A stretch of DNA of 41,747 nucleotides from an uncultured Bacteroidales bacterium (GTDB lineage: Bacteria; Bacteroidota; Bacteroidia; Bacteroidales; UBA7960), in assembly GCA_964465275.1 (NCBI GenBank), contig CAYXIT010000017.1, positions 2,236 through 43,982 on the forward strand, written 5' to 3'. The notes below the pieces were generated by a model. That model made no database searches, was not told where the DNA came from, and saw only the letters and a program-made list of their open reading frames with translations. Positions 35,735 to 41,747 of this stretch are shown in pieces (position 1 is the first letter of the stretch; each line of letters opens with the position of its first letter). Both the position numbers and the translations under genes were made by a program.

Positions 35735-36514
35735 ATGAATAGTATACAAAAGGTAGTACTGATCGGATCCGGAAATGTTGCCACGCAACTAGGTCTTGCA
35801 CTCGCTGAAAAGGGTTTTGATATTTTGCAGGTGTACAGTAAAACCCACGCCCATGCGAACGAACTTGCAAAGAAACTCAACTCTTTACCGACAAACCAGA
35901 TAAACAAGATAAGGCCGGATGCCGATATATATATTATTTCTGTTTCTGATAATGTAATATCAGAAATAGCGGAAGCTTTACATCTTGAAAGCAATTTTCT
36001 TGTGCATACCTCTGGTAGCACACCCATGGATATTTTCAAAAACAACTGGGAAAAATATGGGGTTCTTTATCCCCTCCAAACCCTATCCAAATCAGTGAAA
36101 TGTAATTTTTCAAATGTACCGCTATGTATAGAGGCATCTGACAAAGATCACTATGAGAAACTTATGGAATTTGGCAAAAAGATCAGCAGTAAAGTTTTCC
36201 AAATCAATTCTGATCAGCGGGAATATTTACATATTGCTGCTGTTTTTGCCAGCAATTTCACCAACCATATGTATGCAATAGCCAGCGATATCCTGGAAAA
36301 CAAAAACATATCTTTTGAAATTTTGCATCCTTTGCTCGACGAAACACTGCGCAAAGCCAAATACAATAACCCTGCAGAAGTCCAGACCGGGCCTGCCATG
36401 CGCGGTGACAAGCTTATTCTTGACAAACATATAGAAAAACTGTCTTCCTTGCCGGCTTATCAAAAAATTTATAATTTTATTTCCCAAAGTATTTATAACG
36501 CAAAAAAGCATTAA
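35735..36514 (+). CDS. Rossmann-fold / DUF2520-like oxidoreductase-family protein
   Basis: The dinucleotide-binding N-terminus is KVVLIGSGNVATQLG. 259 aa, in the position conserved upstream of kdsC. Confidence 0.6.
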   Translation: MNSIQKVVLIGSGNVATQLGLALAEKGFDILQVYSKTHAHANELAKKLNSLPTNQINKIRPDADIYIISVSDNVISEIAEALHLESNFLVHTSGSTPMDIFKNNWEKYGVLYPLQTLSKSVKCNFSNVPLCIEASDKDHYEKLMEFGKKISSKVFQINSDQREYLHIAAVFASNFTNHMYAIASDILENKNISFEILHPLLDETLRKAKYNNPAEVQTGPAMRGDKLILDKHIEKLSSLPAYQKIYNFISQSIYNAKKH

Positions 36515-36533
36515 ATCAGAAAAGACTCTTCAC

Positions 36534-37055
36534 ATGTCAAATTACAAAACCCTTCTTTCACAGGTTCACACTTTTATTTTTGATGTTGATGGTGTAATGA
36601 CTGATGGCATTGTACTGCTTACCCCCGACGGGCAAATGCTGCGTTCAATGAACGTGAAGGATGGTTATGCCATTCAACTGGCAGTTAAGAAAGGTTATCG
36701 TATTATTATTATAACCGGGGGCAACTCCGAAGCGGTAAGGCAAAGATTTGAAGGACTGGGCGTTAAGGAGGTTTATCTGTCAGTGGGCAACAAACTGAAA
36801 CTATTTCATGAAATTGTGAAAAATGATGAACTGAAGATGGAAAACATTCTTTACATGGGAGATGATATTATTGATTACGAGATCATGAAAGAAGTGGGTG
36901 TTGCTGCTTGTCCTGCAGATGCAGCTGAGGAGATCAAACACATCAGCCACTATATTTCATCCGTTCCCGGGGGAAAAGGCTGTGCACGGGATATATTGGA
37001 ACAAGTAATGAAAGTTCAGCATAAATGGTTTGATGAGGAAGGTTTTCACTGGTAA
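36534..37055 (+). CDS. kdsC: KDO 8-phosphate phosphatase (HAD-IIIA)
   Basis: HAD motif I is FIFDVDGVMTDG. VKDGYAIQL and YMGDDIIDYEIMKEVGVAACPADA are also present. 173 aa. Confidence 0.8.
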   Translation: MSNYKTLLSQVHTFIFDVDGVMTDGIVLLTPDGQMLRSMNVKDGYAIQLAVKKGYRIIIITGGNSEAVRQRFEGLGVKEVYLSVGNKLKLFHEIVKNDELKMENILYMGDDIIDYEIMKEVGVAACPADAAEEIKHISHYISSVPGGKGCARDILEQVMKVQHKWFDEEGFHW

Positions 37056-37093
37056 CAAACTTTTTCCGGGAAAAAACCCAAAATAAAAAATAT

Positions 37094-38047
37094 ATGATGG
37101 TATATCTGAAACTATTCCGCTGGCCCAACCTACTCATGGTGGCTTTAATACAGGTTCTTTTCAGGTATGGCATTATTGATCCCATTCTTCGTAGCGAAGG
37201 CATTGAACTTGCATTGTCACATGCTGATTTTGCTTTGCTTGTGCTGGCTACAGTCCTTATCACCGCCGCAGGTTATGCAATCAACGATTATTTCGATCTC
37301 AGGACCGATCGTATTAACAAACCTCACAGGATCATTCTTGGCAGGCAAATTTCACGGCGAAAAGCCATCTTCTTTCATTCGCTGTTTAATATCCTTGCTG
37401 TTGTTACGGGAGCCTGGCTGGCATACCGCTCGGGCTACTGGCCAATGGTTTTTGTTTTCATTATTATACCCACACTCTTATGGCTCTACTCGGTAAGATA
37501 CAAAAAGAAGTATCTGTTGGGAAACATTATAATAGCTTTTCTGGCAGCATTTGTAATAGGCATTGTATGGGCACTTGAAAGTGCTGCTTTAGCTGCCCAG
37601 GGGATAAATACAGAAAACCTTTTTGTGATCTCAGGTTTTTCGCATATTTATGCCCTTTTTGCTTTTCTTACCACATTCACACGTGAAATCATCAAAGACA
37701 TTGAAGACATAAAAGGTGATGCAAAAACCGGATGTAGAACCATGCCGGTCGTTTCCGGAATAAGAAAAACCAAAAAGCTGATTATTTCCCTTATCATAAT
37801 TACTTTCCTTTTTATTGCCTGGGTTCAGATTTACCTTTTGCTTAGAGATTTTGACGTAATTTTCAGCTATCTTCTGCTGACTGTGCAAATACCTTTTATT
37901 CTGATGATAAACAAAACGCTGCTTGCAAAGGAAAAAACCGATTATCATTATTTAAGCCTTTTTGCGAAATGGATTATGCTTGCAGGCATTTTATCTATGT
38001 TTCTATTTAACTTTTATCTGCAGAACGGCTTTCCCATTGATCCCTGA
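37094..38047 (+). CDS. UbiA-superfamily prenyltransferase (digeranylgeranylglyceryl-phosphate synthase-like)
   Basis: The Asp-rich motifs are NDYFDLRTD and KDIEDIKGDAKTGCRTMPV. It has about eight TM helices. Confidence 0.75.
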   Translation: MMVYLKLFRWPNLLMVALIQVLFRYGIIDPILRSEGIELALSHADFALLVLATVLITAAGYAINDYFDLRTDRINKPHRIILGRQISRRKAIFFHSLFNILAVVTGAWLAYRSGYWPMVFVFIIIPTLLWLYSVRYKKKYLLGNIIIAFLAAFVIGIVWALESAALAAQGINTENLFVISGFSHIYALFAFLTTFTREIIKDIEDIKGDAKTGCRTMPVVSGIRKTKKLIISLIIITFLFIAWVQIYLLLRDFDVIFSYLLLTVQIPFILMINKTLLAKEKTDYHYLSLFAKWIMLAGILSMFLFNFYLQNGFPIDP

Positions 38048-38111
38048 CTTTTCAAAGGGTGAAGGGCAATTGTGTATCTTTGCCCATGAAAAAAAGAAAT
38101 TCTCTTACCAG

Positions 38112-38726
38112 ATGAAAATCTTCGAAAAGTTACAAAAACTCGATTTGATCCTTGCATCACAATCGCCCCGGCGCAGGCAACTTCTTAAAGAAGCCGGCTT
38201 CCCTTTCAGGGTTTGGGCTTTACCTGGCGAAGAAAGTTTTCCTGAAAATTTATCTCCCCCCGAAATTGCCATACATCTGTGTAAAAAGAAAGCCGAACCC
38301 TTCCTTGATAAACTGGATAAAAAAAGCATTGTAATAACAGCCGATACAATAGTAGTAAAGGACAAAAAAATACTTAATAAAGCGGGCAACGTTATTCAGG
38401 CAAGGCAAATGCTCTCTCTTCTATCGGGATCAACTCATCAGGTAATAACAGGTGTTTGCATCACATCGCTGGATAAACAGTTGGCATTCTACGAAAAGAC
38501 CAATGTTACGTTTACTGAACTCAGCAAGGAAGAGACATACCATTATATAAATATCTGCAAACCATTTGACAAAGCAGGAGCATATGGAATACAGGAATGG
38601 ATAGGTCTCATCGGAGTTGAAAGTATTGAAGGATCTTACCATAATGTGGTAGGCTTACCGGTAGCACGCCTGTATAAGGAATTAAAGGTTTTTTTAAAGG
38701 AACAGTTTCCCGATACTGATACCTGA
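38112..38726 (+). CDS. maf: Maf-family nucleoside triphosphate pyrophosphatase
   Basis: LILASQSPRRRQLL, ITADTIV, LSGSTHQVITGV and KAGAYGIQ. The start was set at the ATG at 38112; the track ORF extends upstream to 37962 and would overlap the preceding gene. Confidence 0.85.
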   Translation: MKIFEKLQKLDLILASQSPRRRQLLKEAGFPFRVWALPGEESFPENLSPPEIAIHLCKKKAEPFLDKLDKKSIVITADTIVVKDKKILNKAGNVIQARQMLSLLSGSTHQVITGVCITSLDKQLAFYEKTNVTFTELSKEETYHYINICKPFDKAGAYGIQEWIGLIGVESIEGSYHNVVGLPVARLYKELKVFLKEQFPDTDT

Positions 38727-38771
38727 CAAAAAGAAAAAATAACAGAAAGACAAACAGCCAAACTGCAGGAA

Positions 38772-39902
38772 ATGAAGATCGCCATTAATACTCAATTGCT
38801 CATCCCGGGAAAACTGGATGGAATCGGATGGTACACCTACGAGACCTTAAGCAGGATCACTGCCCGGAATCCTGAGCATGAATTTATTCTAATTTTTGAC
38901 CGAGAACCATCTCCAGAGTTGAAGTTCCCATCCAATACACGTTTTGTTGTTTTGTCTCCTCCGTCAAGGCATCCTTTGCTATGGTTCATTCGGTTTGAGA
39001 TTTTCCTGCCCTTCCTGCTGAGAAAACTCAAACCTGATGTATTTCTTTCACCCGATGGCTGGATGACACTCAACTCGCCCGCTCCTTGTATACAGGTAAT
39101 ACATGACCTGAACTTTGTACATTTCCCTGAAGACATTCCGTTCTTAACCCGTAAATATTACAATATCCTTTTCAGGAAATATGCACAAAAAGCCCGACGT
39201 ATCGCTACTGTGAGTAATTACTCAAAGCAGGATATTATAAAAGCATGGGGAATTTCACCTGATAAGATTGATGTTACCCACAATGGCTGCAACGAAGATT
39301 ATAAAATCGTTGGCAAAGAGGAGAAACTAATAATACGGAAAAAATACGCCCGGGGTGCACCTTATTTCCTTTATGTTGGTGCGTTGATACCCAGGAAAAA
39401 TATTGCAAGGATGTTTGAAGCATTCAACCGTTTCAAAGAACAGGATACACAAAATACCCGCCTATTGGTAGTTGGTCAGAAAAAATGGTGGACCCCCGCT
39501 ATCAGAGAAGCGTGGGAAAAACTGGATTATAAGGAAGATGTGAGTTTCCTCGGAAGGTTAGGGGTTGCTGAACTCAATCATTTGTATGCAGCTTCACTTG
39601 CTTTTCTTTTTGTACCTTACTTCGAGGGATTTGGAATACCTATTCTTGAGGCTTTCAAATCGGGGGCTCCTGTTATCACTTCAAATGTTACATCTATGCC
39701 CGAAGTGGCAGGTGATGCTGCAATGCTGGTTGATCCTTATTCTGTTGATTCCATTTCTGATGCTATGATCTCACTGAGCTCCAATGAAGATTTGAGAAAT
39801 AGCCTTATTGAAAGAGGGAAAGAAAGAAGCAGGCAGTTTTCATGGGATAAAACCGCTGATGCATTGTGGAGAACTATAGAAAAGACTGTTCAGAATGACT
39901 GA
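38772..39902 (+). CDS. GT-B fold glycosyltransferase (family 4/1)
   Basis: The C-terminal motif [26 protein letters not shown] is of the E-x7-E type. 376 aa. Confidence 0.8.
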   Translation: MKIAINTQLLIPGKLDGIGWYTYETLSRITARNPEHEFILIFDREPSPELKFPSNTRFVVLSPPSRHPLLWFIRFEIFLPFLLRKLKPDVFLSPDGWMTLNSPAPCIQVIHDLNFVHFPEDIPFLTRKYYNILFRKYAQKARRIATVSNYSKQDIIKAWGISPDKIDVTHNGCNEDYKIVGKEEKLIIRKKYARGAPYFLYVGALIPRKNIARMFEAFNRFKEQDTQNTRLLVVGQKKWWTPAIREAWEKLDYKEDVSFLGRLGVAELNHLYAASLAFLFVPYFEGFGIPILEAFKSGAPVITSNVTSMPEVAGDAAMLVDPYSVDSISDAMISLSSNEDLRNSLIERGKERSRQFSWDKTADALWRTIEKTVQND

Positions 39903-39925
39903 TGATGTTGAACAAAAAACAGATT

Positions 39926-40753
39926 TTATTTTTTCCCAAGTTCAAGAATACAGAACCAGGCATATTTGCGCATGAAGGGAAACATCTTAAACAATAGCCT
40001 GTCAGTACCGGAAAGAAAATTTAAAAAAGGTTTAAAAATAAATGTATTCCTGAAAGGAACGGCGGCAAGTGTACTCAGGTGGTAAAAATCAACAGAAACT
40101 TCATCAAAATACTCCCTTGCTAAATTTATGTCATCAATAAGCAGCGGATGCTCATCCTCCGTTCTCATCTCAGGAGTAGCTTTACGGTAATGATTGATAA
40201 AAAAATTATGCCCCAGGGGTTCATAGAAAATTGCCTTTCCTCCCGGCTTTAATACCCTTTTGATTTCGCTGAAGGAAATATTCAGATCAAGGTGGTGAAT
40301 AATAGAGTTGCCAAAAACCAGGTCGAAGGAATTATCATCAAATTCCAGCTCCTCGGCATTCATTTCCCGGAATTCAGCATTTGTGATGTTTAGTTGTTTT
40401 GCTCTTTGTATTGCGTTTTCAATGGCGTAATCGGAAATATCGATAGCCACCAGTTTACCGGCATGTTGAGCCAGGAAGAATGCGTTATCTCCCGGTCCGC
40501 AGCCATACTCAAGTACTGTTTTTCCTTTTGAGTACTGTTCTAATGTTTTATTTAGCTTTTTAAGAGAAGCAGCGTGGATGGTGTAATACTTATCAGCGGG
40601 TTTTCTTACTCCTTCACTAAATGCTTTGTTATGATATTCTTTTTCTCGTTTTAGTCGGTCACTCATTACTGGTATTAAAAGTAAGCTTGCAAAGATAAGG
40701 AAATATGAACTTAACAAAAGTATTATTTCCTTATCTTTCTTTAAGAATTGCAA
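39926..40753 (-). CDS. class I SAM-dependent methyltransferase with an N-terminal TM helix
   Basis: SAM-binding motif I is VLEYGCGPGDN. The post-I acidic residue is in VAIDIS, and motif II-like sequences are FDLVFGNSIIHHL and LKPGGKAIF. Confidence 0.8.
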   Translation of the reverse strand: MQFLKKDKEIILLLSSYFLIFASLLLIPVMSDRLKREKEYHNKAFSEGVRKPADKYYTIHAASLKKLNKTLEQYSKGKTVLEYGCGPGDNAFFLAQHAGKLVAIDISDYAIENAIQRAKQLNITNAEFREMNAEELEFDDNSFDLVFGNSIIHHLDLNISFSEIKRVLKPGGKAIFYEPLGHNFFINHYRKATPEMRTEDEHPLLIDDINLAREYFDEVSVDFYHLSTLAAVPFRNTFIFKPFLNFLSGTDRLLFKMFPFMRKYAWFCILELGKK

Positions 40754-41443
40754 CTATCTTCTGCTACCGAGAAATATCATAATATAATAGAGCAGGGTTG
40801 CCAGCGATGCCAGTGCAGCTACCACATAAGTCAGTGCTGCCCACTTAAGAGCGTCTTTTGCGTAACCGTGTTCTTCACCAACTGTGAGGCCAGTTTCCCT
40901 TAACCATCCCAATGCCCTTTTGGTAGCATCAAACTCTACCGGCAGGGTAATAAAACTGAAAAGGGTTGTCATTGCAAACATGATAATACCTGCAAGCAAA
41001 ATACCCGGAAATGTTTGCACAGTAAAAATACCAATTAGTAATATCCACTGCATATATCTTGAACTAACACTAATAACAGGCACTAATGCTGAACGCATTT
41101 TCAGGAACGAATAGGCACGTGCATGCTGAACCGCATGTCCGCATTCATGCGCTGCAACAGCGGCAGCAGAAATACTGCGTCCGCTATACACATCAGGGCT
41201 CAGATTTACTGTCTTATCAAGGGGGTTATAGTGGTCAGTAAGTTTACCGGGTGTTGAAATGACACGTACGCCACTGACACCACTTTCACGAAGCATTTTC
41301 TCCGCAATTTCACGGCCCGAAAGCCCGGAACGCAGACCCATACGGGAGTATTTGGCAAATTTTGATTTCAGCCGGTTACCAACCAGCCAGCTCAGGAGCA
41401 TGAAAACTCCGAAAATGATCAGAATATTAACATCAAAAACCAT
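40754..41443 (-). CDS. membrane zinc metallopeptidase (Zn_peptidase_2-like)
   Basis: HExxH motif is AAHECGHAVQH. It has an N-terminal helix and C-terminal helices, and is 229 aa. Confidence 0.8.
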   Translation of the reverse strand: MVFDVNILIIFGVFMLLSWLVGNRLKSKFAKYSRMGLRSGLSGREIAEKMLRESGVSGVRVISTPGKLTDHYNPLDKTVNLSPDVYSGRSISAAAVAAHECGHAVQHARAYSFLKMRSALVPVISVSSRYMQWILLIGIFTVQTFPGILLAGIIMFAMTTLFSFITLPVEFDATKRALGWLRETGLTVGEEHGYAKDALKWAALTYVVAALASLATLLYYIMIFLGSRR

Positions 41444-41579
41444 GTTTGTAAATTTTATGTTTTAAGAAAATCAGCCTAAAATTAGTCAAAAAGCACGCCA
41501 TGAGTACTATTCATGACATTATGTCGCGCGTTAAAAATAGTTAAGTTCTAAAGTGAAAAATAATACTGTCTAAAGATAG

Positions 41580-41747
41580 AAAAACAAACAAGACTTAAAA
41601 GTTGCAGTTTTGGTGAATGAATTTGGTGATATTAATATTGATAGCCAACTGCTAGTTACTGTAGATCAAGACATGGTAGAACTTAGTAATGGCTGTATCT
41701 GTTGTACCATTAATGATGGTTTAGTAGATGCGGTTTATCGAATTTTA
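41580..41747 (+). CDS. CobW/COG0523-family metallochaperone GTPase fragment; the 5' end is apparently disrupted and the 3' end runs off the window
   Basis: The frame from 41601 reads VAVLVNEFGDINIDSQLLVTVDQDMVELSNGCICCTINDGLVDAVYRIL, which contains the CXCC motif. The frame is closed by TAG at 41577-41579. No ATG or P-loop is present upstream in frame. Confidence 0.6.

Noticed and set aside
37962-38111. Upstream extension of the maf ORF given in the track
   Set aside because: The extension overlaps the UbiA gene end and adds a non-Maf N-terminus. The conserved Maf N-terminus (LILASQSPRR) follows closely after the ATG at 38112.

Overview
This 41.7 kb window looks like a Bacteroidota chromosome segment. 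Supporting signs are a T9SS-type C-terminal sorting domain, TAnnTTTG -7 promoter motifs, no obvious Shine-Dalgarno sites, many lipoprotein and outer-membrane genes, and short REP-like intergenic repeats. No database search or computed statistics were available, so every call rests on my own reading of the translations and the DNA. Most of the window is housekeeping: argS (partial), an M28/PDZ peptidase, pyrBI, a COG2403-type GTPase, ygiQ, a Pif1-like helicase, cvpA, an EVE-domain gene, holA, AMP nucleosidase, kdsC, a UbiA prenyltransferase, maf, a glycosyltransferase, a methyltransferase and a Zn peptidase. The part worth attention is a compact plus-strand gene cluster at about 10184-17690. 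A membrane-anchored orphan response regulator is transcribed divergently from it, and a strong hairpin terminator closes it. It encodes an octaheme (8 x CXXCH) tetrathionate-reductase-family cytochrome c, a membrane cytochrome b, an alginate-export-type outer-membrane porin, a split YeeE/YedE sulfur channel and three rhodanese-domain proteins. All three rhodanese-domain proteins end in the same free C-terminal tail, -GGC-COOH, on a Pro-rich linker. Two of them have lost the canonical rhodanese active-site cysteine. I read this as a candidate undescribed envelope-spanning sulfur-compound (tetrathionate, thiosulfate or polysulfide) respiration and uptake system that uses swinging-arm cysteine carriers, analogous to the SoxY GGCGG tail. 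Two tandem/inverted short-repeat elements interrupt the cluster. Other items are several REP-like repeat families, a 20-bp perfect palindrome, a trio of uncharacterised envelope proteins downstream of a T9SS subtilase, a solitary CcmF-type heme lyase, and a CobW/COG0523 gene fragment at the window end whose 5' end appears frameshifted.
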